Below are positions 36,846 through 50,431 of a stretch of DNA of 64,000 nucleotides, piece after piece. The stretch spans positions 49,352,001 to 49,416,000 of the forward strand of contig OX597815.1 of NCBI GenBank assembly GCA_951406725.2, read 5' to 3'. The notes beneath the pieces were generated by a model that was given only the letters and a program-made list of their open reading frames with translations, searched no databases and was not told the origin of the DNA. Every line of letters starts with the position of its first letter. Within the stretch, counting starts at the first letter, position 1. Source of the DNA: Octopus vulgaris. Its lineage: Eukaryota. Position numbers and translations under genes: made by a program.

Positions 36846-38271
36846 TACATATATATATATATGTATATGCACGTACGTATGTATGTATATGCACAAATAT
36901 GCATACACAAGCATGTATATATATATATATATAACACATGCACATACATACACATTCACATACATACCTGTATATCTGTGTATGTGTATACACACATACA
37001 CACACACTTACACAGACATACCTATATACATATATACATGAACATGATGTAACCGAGACAGAAACAGAAAGTTGGTCAATATTTTCTCAGGTAGTTGCTG
37101 GCAAAAAAATTTGTTGGTCAGCATACAAATGAGAGAAATGGTGGCTTGTTTGTTACAAGAAGAACAGGTAGAATAATATTAATGGAAACAGTTCGTTTTG
37201 ACAGACATAAAAACAGACACATAGACAAAAAGGAATGAAACAAGGGGGTTAAAACATCCTTAATGTGTTGATTTATGACCACAGAAATGGTAAATGGGTC
37301 TTAATTTGGCATAACATTGACAAAGGGATTTTGTTGAGGGGCCTTGTTTCTGATAGAGCAAGCAAATCAGGAATATAACAGAATACATGTTTTATTTTTA
37401 CTGTTTTCCAAAAAAAAAAAAAATGTTTTTTCGCAGTTGTTGTTGTTTTTCTCTGGATCATGTTCTTTGGTGAAGAACAGTTTGGCAGCAGCAAAAGAGA
37501 ATGGAAAACCACAATGGAGAATAAGGGATGAAAAAAAAAAAGCTTGTAGTGAAGGGAATAATGATAAGCATGTAAAAGAAATAAATAAAATAAAATAAAT
37601 TAAAATAAATAGAATATATAAAATAAAACTAAATGGTGATTCTGGAGTGAAATAATGATATATAAGACGAATAAAAATAGTGGCGTGGTATAATAATGAT
37701 ATGTATAAACAAAAGAAAAATAAAGAAAAAAAGGAGAAAAAGGTAATATAGAAAATAAACATAAATTCTTGCAATTTCATCAAAATGTTGTTGAAGAAAA
37801 AGGATAAGGAAGTAAGAAGAACCCAAGAAGAATATTTGCAACAATAACAACCACAAGAAAAACAAGAGCGTTTCAACTTTCTCTACCTATCATACACATT
37901 AGATCTCTGTTCCCCTTGATGAAATGACTTCATATGGCAAACACAGAACACGTGTTATGAATAATAATAATAACAATAACAATGATGATGATAATGATGA
38001 TGAGACAACGATGAAGATGATGATGATGACGGCGACGATGAAGATGATGATGATGACGACAAGAAAGATGACGATGATGATAGTAATAATGATAATAATA
38101 ATAATGATGATGGTCATGACAAGGTTACCAAGAGTAGTGTTAATTATCAGTTATAGTAGTAGTAGTAGTAGTAGTAGTGAATGAACACTAAAATTAAAAT
38201 ACACAAATTCACACTCACATAGATACAAACATACATATATATACATATATACATGTGTGCGTGTGTATGCA

Positions 38272-38359
<88 letters not shown>

Positions 38360-38831
38360 TATAGACATATATACATATATGTGTGTATGTACATCTATAT
38401 ATATATATATATGTACACAGACACATATATGTATGTATGCGCATGTGTGTATATAGACACATACACACACACACACAGATATATAAAGTAAATAGATGAG
38501 TTTGAGATTCTAGAAACTGGAGATGACAACTTGGTAGGAGGGAGAAAGAGAGAGAGAGGGAGAGAGAGAGAGAGAATGAGAGAGAGAGAGAGAGAGCTGA
38601 AAGCGACAGTATCATAAATGGCATTTGGCCAAAGAATCAGTTGGGTATTATCCTAAATAAACAGCTGGACTTGGAATGGTGTTAGATGCAAGGGAAGATG
38701 CTACAAAAGGAATTCTGCAAATATGTCTAAGCTTTTTGCTCAACAACTGCAAAAGCCACAGCGCTACATATTTATTTATGTATGTGTATGTGTGCATTTA
38801 TATAAATACTTGTATGTATTTATGTATGAGC

Positions 38832-38867
<36 letters not shown>

Positions 38868-38967
38868 CTATGCATGTGCATATATATGTATGTATATGTG
38901 TGTGTGTATGTATATATATATTTAAGGTTGTAGTAGTAGCAGTAATGTTATATTAATAATAATAATG

Positions 38968-39199
38968 ATTTGAGGCTTTGGCACAAGGCCAGCAGTTTTT
39001 GGGGGAAGAGGTGGATAAGCAGATTACATCAACCCCCAGTGTTCAACTGGTACTTATTTTGTTGATTCCCAAAAGGATGAAAAGCAATGTCAACCTCAGC
39101 ATAATTTGAACCCAGAAAGTGAAGATGGGACAAAATGTCGCAAAGCATTTTTGCTTGGCATGCTAACAATTTGGCCAGCCTGCCACCTCAATAATAATA

Positions 39200-39251
<52 letters not shown>

Positions 39252-39498
39252 TAATAATAATAATGATGATGATGATTATGATGATGATGATGAGGATTTT
39301 TGCCAAGAGGGCAGCTTTGGGATTGTGGGAATGAGTCAATTACATCGACCCCAGTGTTCAATTGCTGCTTGAATTATCGACCCTGAAAGGATGAAAGTAA
39401 AGTCGACCTTGGCGGAATTTGAACTCAGAACATAGTGGCAGACAAAATACCACTAAACATTTTGCCCAGTGTGCTAACAATTCCGCCAGTTTGCTACC

Positions 39499-39567
<69 letters not shown>

Positions 39568-39989
39568 GTAATTATGATTATAATGATAATAATAATAATA
39601 ATAATAATCTTAAATTTTAGCACAAGGCTAGCAATTTCGGGGGAGTGGGTAAATTGATTACATCAAATGGTACTTATTTTATCAACCTCAGTGAAATTTG
39701 AACTTGGAACATAAAGATAGACAAAATACCACTAAGCATTTTACCCTGCATGGTAACAATTCTGTCAGCTTACTACCCTATTATTAATAATAATCCTTTC
39801 TACTAAAGACATGATGCCTGAAATTTTGTCAGGAGAGGACTAGTTAATCACTGGTACTCAATTTATCAACCCTGAAAGGATGAAAGGCTATGTCGACCTC
39901 AGCAAAATTTGAACTCAGAACATAGTGGCAGACAAAATATCACTAAGCATTTTGCCCAGTGTGCTAACAATTCTTCCAGCTTGCCACCT
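38968..39989 (-). mobile_element. Cluster of four head-to-tail SINE family C copies separated by (AAT)n
   Basis: Copies at ~38968-39189, 39297-39499, 39612-39779 and 39794-39989 share GTCGACCT..G..GAATTTGAACTCAGAAC...AAGCATTTTGCCC..GTGCTAACAATT. Other copies lie at 15565-15775, 44885-45010, 51045-51350 and 62750-62930. Confidence 0.85.
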
Positions 39990-40254
39990 TGACTAATAAC
40001 AACAACAACAAAAGTATTAATGTATTTTTCTATGACAAAAATGATGAAAACTACTGTAGGTATTGCTGTGTGGTTAAGAAGTCTTCGTTACAGCAACATG
40101 ATTTTAAATTCAGACTTACTACACTACACTTTGGGTGAGAATCTTCTGTAACCCTGAGTCAACCAGTGCCTCAGTAGACAGAAAATGTGGGGAAGACAAG
40201 ATGGTCTCAGCTAAAATATCCAAGATCATAAATTGTGTGTGTGTGTGTGCATAT

Positions 40255-40655
40255 TTTCTCAGTCATTGGACTGTTACCATGCTAGATCATCCCCTTTAAA
40301 AGTTTAGCTGAACAAATCAATCATAGAACTTCTTTTTTATGCCTGGTATTTATTCTATTGATCTCTTTTGCCAAACCACTAAGTTATAGTGATCTGAACA
40401 AACCAACACTGGTTGTCAAGCTGTTGTGGGAAGAACAAGCATGTACATAAAGACACATACACACACATGGATTTATATACATACATACATACATGCATAC
40501 ATACATACATAATGGGCTTCTTTGAGTTTTCATCATCCAAATCAACTCACAAGGCTTTGGTCAGCTCGAGGTTATAACAGAAAACATTTACCCAAGGTAC
40601 CACTCAGTGAGACTGAACTCAGAATGATATGATTAAGAAGTTAACATTTTATTAC
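40255..40655 (-). mobile_element. SINE family A, diverged
   Basis: Body and head motifs are recognisable. A plus-strand head lies at 40060-40190. Confidence 0.7.
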
Positions 40656-40688
40656 ACACAAGTTTATATCACTTATTCCCTACAGCAT

Positions 40689-40779
<91 letters not shown>

Positions 40780-42184
40780 AGGAGAGGGAGACAGAAAGAC
40801 ATACACAGATAGATATATAAATATAAATAGTGAAAATAATTCTCTACCACTTTTGATAATGTGCACTTCTGTTTATTGATTGAGTTATCTTTTCATTGAA
40901 TTAGCATTTAAATAGTTGAGTATTCCATGGATAAAGGCATACTTAATGTAACTGTTAGGCAGAATAAACATGACATAGTGTGTGTAACATGACTGGCCAT
41001 TTGAATTAGTGGTTTTTAGGTTTCTTGCTTTCTCTAAAAGACTCATTTCACCTGGGGACTTTTTTAAACTTCAGGAGAGAAATATTTAGTTGGTACCCAC
41101 ATTTAAGACATTTCCTGCTACAAGCTTGGAATTACCCATTCATTGAATAGAAATGTGGCAACATTTATGAATATCACCCCAGCTAGAACAGATGTAAAGA
41201 AGATAACATTGCCCTGCATGTAACACCTAGGATGTTTCTGATGTATTTTTTTGCCTGCAAAGCTAACTGACAATGACTTAACTAAGTTACACAATGGAAG
41301 CAACATTGTAGCTAACAGTCTATACTGCTACTGTGAATTCCTTGGTAACTAAAATCCTCATCCATTCAAAACATTACTAGAAAATCCACATGCCCTGTAA
41401 AATTTCAGGGCTGCTGCCGGCATTGTCGTTAGTCAGGCATGAAAGTTTGCAGAGTTAACATGGAGACTAGTAAATGTATGTTGTGTGCAAAAGGTAAGAT
41501 GGAGGGGGGTCTCAACCAAACTCTTCCTGAGGTGTGTGAATGTGTTGCATATATGTGCGTATGCATTTATATTTGTGTATGTGTGCACTGTATACATTTC
41601 TTAGCAAGGGAAAACATAAATTTACAGTTGATTTCTCAGACTTGCCACTGTTGACGCAGTTACTGTTGTTAATTTTCCTATTGCATGCAGTTGTTATTGA
41701 GCAGTTGCTGCTTTTTCTGTTGTTGTTATGACTGCCATTAGTGTTGTTATGGTGGGAGTAGTGGTGGTGTTAGTAGTAGTTCATTAGTATTGTTGCTGCA
41801 GCTTTTATTGTTCATGTTGATGTTGCTGCTATTGCGTTATTTGTTGTTGGTGGTGGTGTTGGTGGTGTTGGTGATGTTGTTTATGAGGTTTTCACTATTG
41901 TTGTCATCATTGCTGTTTGTGTTGTTCTTGTTCTGTATTGAAATATCTTGCAATATTCTGCACCCCCACAAATATAATGTCAGAGACTCAACTTACCTCA
42001 TCTCACCACCACCACTACCACCACCACCACTACCACCACCACCATCACTCCAACCCCTCCCTCTACCTTTTCTTCATTCCTTTACATTTTCATTCTCCTT
42101 TGCACTTTCCTCATTCTCCTCTACCACCAGCACAATCTGCACCTATATCACCATCATCCTCATCATTATCATCATCTTCATCAG

Positions 42185-42325
42185 TTTTCTTCTTCTTCTT
42201 CTTCTTCTTCTTCTTCTTCTTCTTCTTCTTCTTCTTCTTCCTCTTTTTCTTCTTCTTCTTCTTTTTCTTCTTCTTCTTCTTCTTCTTCTTCTTCTTCTTC
42301 TTCTTCTTCTTCTTCTTCTTCTTTT
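42185..42325. repeat. (TTC)n microsatellite within a low-complexity block (41700-42620)
   Basis: Direct inspection. Representative of the many (AT)n, (GT)n, (AG)n, (ATAC)n, (GATA)n, (ATG)n, (AAT)n and (GGT)n tracts across the window. Confidence 0.95.
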
Positions 42326-43459
42326 TTGACTGTTTTTATTTTCCCACAGTTACCTCACCATTAACATCATCATCCTCATCATTGTCACTGCCAGCAACAT
42401 CATCATTATCATCATCATCATCATCATCATCATATCATCATCATCATTGTCACCACCAGCACCAGCACCAGCACCGACACCATCATCATCAACATCATCA
42501 TTATTGTTGCCATAATCAATGTCAGTGTCATCATCATCATAAAGAACATCCACTGCCATCATCGTTGTTGTCATCATCATCGTCATCATTATCATCATCA
42601 TCAAATTATCATCATCGAATGTCTTCCATGAGGATGCAATGAATAAACCTCTGAAATTTTTATACTGCTGCCAAGTTACCTGGAGCAAATAGACTTACAC
42701 ACACATACACAGGCACATATGTGTGTATGTGTTCACATTTACATACACATGCACCATGCTCACAAACACACACACAAACATGCAAACATATGCACACACA
42801 CACACAGAAGGATATTATCTCATACAAACATATAATCACATACAAATGCACATATTCTCCTCATGCACGCATGAACATAACACACAAAAGCATATTCTAT
42901 CACACAAGCATATTCTTGCATACACATACAAGCATTCTCACACATTCACACACTGAAATAAACACATATATATATTTACATACCTACACAACCACACAAT
43001 CAACAACATACACACACACACACACACACACACAACATACATATGCATAGACTCACCCACAACTACCCAAAAGACCAACAACAGACTACTTGTACATATA
43101 GCTAAAATAAAGGTAAAACAAGAAGCAAGTATGTATCAGTGAGAAAGCCAATACATTAAGAGATAAGATTTAGTTGTCAGCTTGCATTTGTTTTACAGCA
43201 TTCAGCTAAATTCTCTGAAGTTAAGCCAGGTTTGTACTTAGATGAGTGATTAATTTGCAGTACAATCATTTCAACAATGGAATGTAGGAAAAGTCAACAA
43301 CCATCCCCTATTTTCAAGCCCTTTTTAACCAATTAATTTAGGGAACATTTATTTACCCTTAAAATGTTTAAGTTTAGTTCAGTTGTTCTGTTGGTGCTGT
43401 TGCTGTGTTTGTTGAACTATTGACCAGGTCTGACTCAATGGGTCATGCAGTCTGAGGAC

Positions 43460-44021
43460 ATGTACTGAGAGTGACCAAAAAATCAAAAATCAAACATCTA
43501 GTTAACATCATGGTGTTTGGAGTGATCACTATTAATGGTAAAGTTATGCTTCCATTCATCTTCCCACATGGCCTCAGACTCAACACGGAGACCTACATCA
43601 AATGCCTGGTGGAGGTAGTGCTACTCTGGGTCAAGAGGGTGGTTACTAGACGACCCTATGTCTGGCAACAGGACTCTGCACCATGCCACACCTAACATCT
43701 GGCCATCTAACTCCCCAGAGTGCAACTCTCTTGATTATTATGTGTGGGCTGCAGTTGAGAGAGAGCCCAACAAAACGCCTTGTAACACAAAGATGATCTG
43801 AAAGCAAGGATTATGGCAGCATTCATTAACTTAAACAAGGAGAGCATCCAGAAGAGATTCCAAAGTCATCTGGAAGTCAGTGGCGATTTTATTGAATAAA
43901 TTTACCCTTTAATATTTCAAGATATTTCCTTGTAATTTTGGTAAATAAATCTGTTAAAAATGAGATGTCAGTGTTGTTTTCATTTTTACGTAATTTAGAT
44001 GACATTTTATTCACTGCACCC

Positions 44022-44023
<2 letters not shown>
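43460..44023 (+). mobile_element. Tc1/mariner-superfamily transposon relic (DD37D/maT-like), 3' half with right TIR
   Basis: IMVFGVITINGKVMLPFIFPHGLRLNTETYIKCL...PYVWQQDSAPCHT, then WPSNSPECNSLDYYVW after a frameshift or deletion. Ends ...CACTGCACCCTG, the reverse complement of a CAGGGTG TIR. Confidence 0.88.
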
Positions 44024-44064
<41 letters not shown>

Positions 44065-45182
44065 AAGAGTGTAGGTTCAAAATATCAAAGGCTTTTCCAT
44101 TCTCCTTGACCATTAAACTAATATACCTGCTTGTTGTTTTGTTGTTCCTTCACCTGTTTTCTTCTTTTTGCTTTCTGTAAATTTGAACTATGTGTGTGTG
44201 TGTTTATTCTCCACCTGGATAGGACACCAGTCTGTCACAGGCTTACTCATTTTTGTCAGCTTAGTAGACTGGAGCAATGTGAAATTAAGTGTTTTGCTCA
44301 AGAACACAGCACAATGCATCAACCAATCCAGAAACTGAAACACAATCTTATCATCATAAGTTCAACACCTTTACCACTAAGCCATGTACCTTCACTTTTA
44401 CTAAGATGGTAGGGTAGATTTCCTGTTTCTTGCATGTGTACTCCTAATTTCCACCATTCACAACTAGGACTCTCAGAGCTTGGGTGTTCCTTCCCTAGTT
44501 TCTTCTAGCTATCATATTGGATGCTAAACAAGAGTTCAGTCTCTTAGGTAGAACCATTAATGAACCATCTCCAAAGAAACGCAGTGATCCTTTCCAAGAT
44601 CAGAGCACAGGAACCATTTGGGCATTTTTTGCATGCAACATCATTCCCAGACTCAGCCATCAAAGCTGAAATTCCTAACTGAAAACTTAGATTTCCACAG
44701 ACCCGGTTTACAACAGCACATCATTGGCTAAGGCATAATCATCCTGACATACGCCAGGATCAGTTATAGTCCAACTTGATTGATGACTTTTTCCCAGTAG
44801 TCTGCTAACATACTATCAAATTCTTACAGCAAGCATGGAAAGCACTATAGCCTAACAGTTTAAAACTCAGCTTAAAATAATTGTTTTAATATTGGCACAA
44901 AACCTGAAATTTTAGGGGAATAGGTTTAGTTGATTAAATTGATCCATCACTTGGGATTATATTTTATTAACTTAGAGGGATGAATGCAAAGTTAACTCTG
45001 AGCCAGAAGATATGCTGCAGAGTAATTTAATCCAACACTCAGTACAGTCAGTACTCAGCCCATATGTAGCTGAACAGCCATATATAGTTTTGGGTTCTGA
45101 AAGTTGACTGAAAAAAACCCGAAATAAATTTACATATATGCATGGGTGCATGAATGTATGTATGTATTTATGTATGCATATA

Positions 45183-45522
45183 AAATAAAGACCCTCTTCG
45201 GTCATGAATGACCATGGGATTGCACCTAGAAAGTTCTCCCTCCGAGGCACAAGTCTGGGCAAGATTGTTTATGGAATATTAGCAGTCACCCATGCATGCC
45301 AGCTTTCCCTTTCCACGCCACCGATGTTATCCAAGAGAAAGACAAAGGCCAATACAATTTACCACCAGTGATACTGCAACTCATTTCTACAGCTGAGTGA
45401 ACTGGAACAATGTGAAATAAAGTACCTTGTTCACAAACACAACAGACAGCCCAGTCTGGGAATCAAACTCACAACTTCATGATTGTAAGCTCAGCACTCT
45501 AACCACTCAGCCACACACCTTC
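45183..45522 (-). mobile_element. SINE sharing the family B head and core with a different tail
   Basis: tRNA-like head (GGCTGAGTGGTTAGAGTG..GAGTTTGATTCCC) and TTATTTCACATTGTTCCAGTTCACTCAGCTG core. A further tail variant lies at 27505-27775 (+). Confidence 0.72.
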
Positions 45523-45814
45523 ATGCGTGTGTTTGTGCCTCTGCCTCACCTTGATATCAAATGAGATATGTAAAGAAGTGTTACTGTCATATTAACAGTA
45601 TCATTTATTTCAAATGTTCCGTAACAGCAAGTCATGGCTGTAAGTAAGGATTGGCAACAGGATGGGCCACAGAAAATCTGCCACAATTAATTGCATGGGA
45701 AATTAGAAATGATGATGATGTGGAGGAGGACGATAATGATGATGTCAATAATGATGGCAGTGATACACACACACACACAAATATATATATATACATACAC
45801 ACACACACACACAT

Positions 45815-45848
<34 letters not shown>

Positions 45849-46178
45849 ACATTTTTCTCATTGTTCTGATACCAAAATGAACATCCTTATTTTAGTTCAT
45901 TCAGGTTATTTCCTTTACTATAACTTACAGTCTCACTTAATCTCATTAAGAGAATTTATCCTTTTTTGCTGTTGTTGTTGTTTACCAAGGTCTGGCCTAA
46001 CCAAGCAGAATTATGATCAAAGCCGTGAACATGCCAGGTATTTTTTCCTTCTCTTTTAGGCAGTGTATCTACAACAATATTATACTTTGACTCTTTAATG
46101 TCTGGTGTACAAAACTAAGATGTCTTCTCTCTTTGAACAGGTCTCATATAAGCAGTAATTTCAGCTGACTTACTTTAA

Positions 46179-46395
46179 CCCTTTAGCATTCAGATTACTT
46201 TGTCAGCTATGATGCGTATTTATTCACATCGCTTTGAATTTATTCTGCATCATTTAGTCTTGAGATTTTGATGATGTGATTGTTTATGTTCAAAATGACA
46301 TACTAGGCTAAGTGTGAGATGTCAGATCTAACCAGTTTGACCATTAAACATGTAGTATATTTTAGCTGGATATGGCCAGTTTAAATTCTAAAGGG
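46179..46395. mobile_element. piggyBac-type MITE
   Basis: TTAA-CCCTTTAGCATT ... AATTCTAAAGGG-TTAA, giving a TTAA TSD and short TIRs. Confidence 0.85.
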
Positions 46396-46859
46396 TTAAG
46401 TCAACAGCAAAGTTTAATGTTTACAATCAAATGCATTGTGGGATACTCATGAAGTTCTTTCAAGATGGCAGCCTCAACTGGGATTGCTATGAGCTGAGTT
46501 TTCAGTCAACCAAGCAATCTTTCCTCAAAGTATAGGCTAGTGAAGGCTTATTTTTGTTATGCTTTCTATTTGATTTTATTCAGATATGTTCATTCTTTCT
46601 AATTTATATGTTTCTTATCTTTGATATCAGAGTGTAGATGATCATGAAAAAGTTATGAACATCAGGAAAATACGGAATACACATCATGAATTTTATATTT
46701 TTTGATTCTGAGTGTAGGATTTTTCAACTAATACATTAACCCTGAATGATGATGTAGGTTTCATAAAAATTATTTCTTAGTCTTGGCAGATTTTTTTTAT
46801 CATCAACATTTTCTGCTGCAAGTTATATTTTTTCACTTTCACAACCAAAGCAAATTTAC

Positions 46860-47614
46860 AGGATATGGTGCCTTGCAGGAATGTCAGGCTACATTTACAA
46901 TTTTGAAGTCTTTGTGAGGAAAAGATGCATAAGGCCATCTGAAAATGTTCAGCTTCTAAATGAGTTTGGAGAGAGCAAGAATGTGGTTCAATGCCTTACA
47001 AAGGATCTTGAAAAGGATATGCATAAGATTTTCTTTGATAATCTACTTGCAAACCATGAAGCTATGATTTAGATATCAAGGAATTTTTGCTGATGGTACA
47101 CTCAGAAGTAATAGATCAAGAAGTTGCATTATACCTACAAAATCAGCAATGAGAAAGGAGGAACATGAATCCATCCATGAGATTGTTGAGAAAGACCATA
47201 ATCTTGTGATTTGCAGATGGTATGATGATCACCATGTCCTGACAATTTCAAAATTTGTCAGTAAGGATCCAGTATCTGAGGCCAATCACTATGACAGCAA
47301 GAATATATCTGTTCCAAGTGCCAGGAGTATGTGTATATGATAAAAGGTGGAGAAACTTGTTGCTTGAAATTTCATGAAGTTGCATCATAATTATGCATTC
47401 CATTTTAGAAATCATATATTACATTTGCTGTTATAAAGAAAAGTTAATTGCACATTTTTTTTCTTATGTTCCTCATGTACACTGAAGTGTACAAAGATTA
47501 ATCTCCTATTTTCAGGATTGCAAATGAAACCAGTGCTGCCTTTGTGTTAGTTTCAATCCAAGTAGCAACATAAACAATAATAATATTGTTTTGTAGATAA
47601 CAGACCTTAAAGGG
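46860..47614 (+). mobile_element. piggyBac transposase relic with right end
   Basis: SGYIYNFEVF...GESKNVVQCL...HKIFFDNL...GIFADGTLRSNRSRSC...VICRWYDDHHVLTIS are DDE_Tnp_1_7-type motifs, with stops and frameshifts. Terminus AAAGGG-TTAA at 47609-47618. Confidence 0.82.
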
Positions 47615-49845
47615 TTAAAGAGTTCAGTTTCGCCAGACAGTGTTGTGTGATTGAAAGTGATGCGGATGCTATTTCAAGCTAATCAAACAACTATGTGATG
47701 ATATTTAGCCTCTAGTCAAATAAACATATGACAAAAGGCTTTTCAGCTGTTGTCGTTGCAGCTATTATTATTCAAACATAGTCTCTTTAGGAATACACTA
47801 CTTATCCTTCCCTTAAAAATATAAACCAGTTGGCTGCGATTTGAGAGAAATTTAGTTCCACAAGTCAAATGACCTCAGAAAGAGTCCTTTCTCACTGGTC
47901 ATTAAAATTGAGTATCTTTTGTTTTGTCTTTTCTACTTAGGTGCATATACCAAAGTTTGAAGGAGTAAAAATAACTGAGTAGGCTGTTCTTTATTTATGC
48001 TCTTTATTTTATTGACCCAAGAAAAGATGAATGCAGTTAAATCAAATGTGATTTAAATACATTCAGAACAGAGGGCTGAAATATAATGCTGTAAGGTTTT
48101 TGGTTCAACATACAGCAGTTTTAACCAGCTCCTTCTTCTTGTTAAGGCATACATTAAAAGAAGACGAAGATAAAAATGAAATTACTCTGAAATGTTGTTG
48201 TAAGACAATAATTTCTAGGAGAAAACAAAGAAAAGGAAACGTTTCAGACAGACACATGTTTTGTACTTGTGAAACAAAGTCTATAAAATGTCTCTCTTTA
48301 CAGGAGGGAGAAAAGTTCAACTAACTGCAAGGCATGATGAGAAGCTTGTCTAGTGAGAGAAGACAAATAGGGTTCATATAACATGGTTTATTTTCTTTCA
48401 CATAACATTAAACAATACTACAAAGATATCATGAACTGCAACAATACCAACAACATCAACAACAGAACCAAGTAACAGACTTTGTTATTTTGATTTATAT
48501 TGTTCATCATTTCTACTTTGCTATATGATTATATCCTAGTATCTATCTTTGCCATGCTATACGGAAGTAGTTTTTTCATGTTTTCTCTTAGCTGACATGA
48601 TGACTAATAAAAGAATTTTATTTTGAATCAGGGTAGATATGCTCTTTTAAAGATATTCATGCCTTTCCCAAGAACATTAGTATTATAATGTGAAGTGAAA
48701 CAGCTACACATAGGGTGCAAAACCAGGTTACATTCCATGTTATGTCCCTCACACATTCAAACCATGGAGATTGTATGTAACCAAAATTTATAAAACAATA
48801 ATATAATTCATCAACAAGAAATGGCAGCCAAATCTTGTTTTAAAATGGTAAAAACTCATTGGATGATATAGTTTTAATTTATAGTCCTTAATCAATTCCA
48901 AATTGTGTTGCATCATACATCTATTTGTTTCTACTTGTCAGGTTTGTCTCTGGACTGTAAAAGTTTTTTTTTTTACTTTCTTTTGGCTCCTTTATATCTC
49001 CTGTAGCGAGCTAGCCTTTACGAAAAGAGGTTAATACTTTGAAATATAACTCTCCTAAGTCCAAGTAAAAGAATAGGGTTGAACTAGGGGCTAGCAGTGA
49101 GAGACAAACATGGCAAGTATGAACAGCTTGATGCATGGTAAAGCACCACCCAGGATGGATTAAGGACTACAAGTTAAGACTATATTATTCAATGAGTCCT
49201 TCCCTCTTAAAGCAGTAAGATGAAATTTGAAGAAGATTTGGCTACAATTTCTTGTTGATCAACCATATTATCATGTTATAAATTTTGGCTACATAGAAAT
49301 ATACTGATGCTTTTTATCATTACTTCCTGTGATGATAAGAGGGCAGTGATCATGGCTTTTGTTTCAGACAGTGCCTCAGTTGCACATGACATAAAATATT
49401 GAGACTAAGATATCTAGTGGTAGTCAGCATTAGTATCAGGAAAAAATATTTAATTAAGATTGTACATTTGGTTATGTTTGTGTATCATGAGATGAGGAAA
49501 ATGCTGTCTCAAACAAGAGATTTTGTTGGAGAGAGAGACATCGGTTCATTAAAGTTTAATGGCATTGATAGTATATATGTTTAATGAAGCTGTATGGTAG
49601 TACTGAGACTGTATGTACATGATGATTATGTATAACAGCAGATAGCGTACTTACCATCTGTATGTATAGTATCATCACCATCATCATGTCCATGATATAT
49701 ATATTGTAAAAATTGTGTGTACAAATAGATGTATAACTGCTACTGTTAAATTTAGAGCTCTACATGAATGATTATAATCCAGCCTGTTTTCAAAGACGAT
49801 GATAAAATACCTTTTGATATAGCATCTGTAATTTAATGCAATAAA

Positions 49846-49909
49846 GGGTTTCCTGATGATCCTTTGTGGTCGAGCATCTAAATGCTAGAAACACCTATTG
49901 TAGGGTTCT
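49846..49909 (+). ncRNA. Candidate hammerhead ribozyme
   Basis: CTGATGA (49853) ... AGCAT-CTAA-ATGCT-A-GAAA-CA-CCTAT-TG-TA. Stem I is weak (mostly G-U). Confidence 0.35.
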
Positions 49910-49971
49910 AGACAACCATAATGATCAAATGCATGTAGGTACTGTAACATAAATTTGCGTTCATTCTTATT

Positions 49972-50014
<43 letters not shown>

Positions 50015-50015
<1 letters not shown>

Positions 50016-50233
50016 TTTTACTTGTGTCAGTCATTGGACTGCAGTCATGCTGGGGTACTGCCTTGAAAAGATTTAAGTTGAAAGAATTGACCCTACTTTA
50101 ATTATTTAAACCTGGTACTTATTCTATCGGTCACTTTTGCTGAACTGTTAAGTTACGGGATTGTAAACAATCCAACACCAGTTATCAAGCGGTGGTGGGG
50201 GACAAATACATACACAGAGATACACACACAATC

Positions 50234-50273
<40 letters not shown>

Positions 50274-50431
50274 GACAGGATTCTTTCATTTCCACCTACC
50301 AAATCCACTCAAAAGGCTTTGGTTGACCCAAGACTATAGTAGACACATGCCAAGGTGCTGCATAGTAGATCTGAACCCAGAACCATGTGACTGGGAAACA
50401 GGCTTCTTACCACACAGCCATATCTGTGCCT
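50015..50431 (-). mobile_element. SINE family A, full length
   Basis: Same head, internal (TA)n and tail. Confidence 0.85.

Noticed and set aside
41997-42690. Acidic D/E-rich minus-strand exon ending at GAG|GTAAGT
   Set aside because: The (GAT)n runs change frame repeatedly and introduce TGA stops; this is low-complexity DNA.
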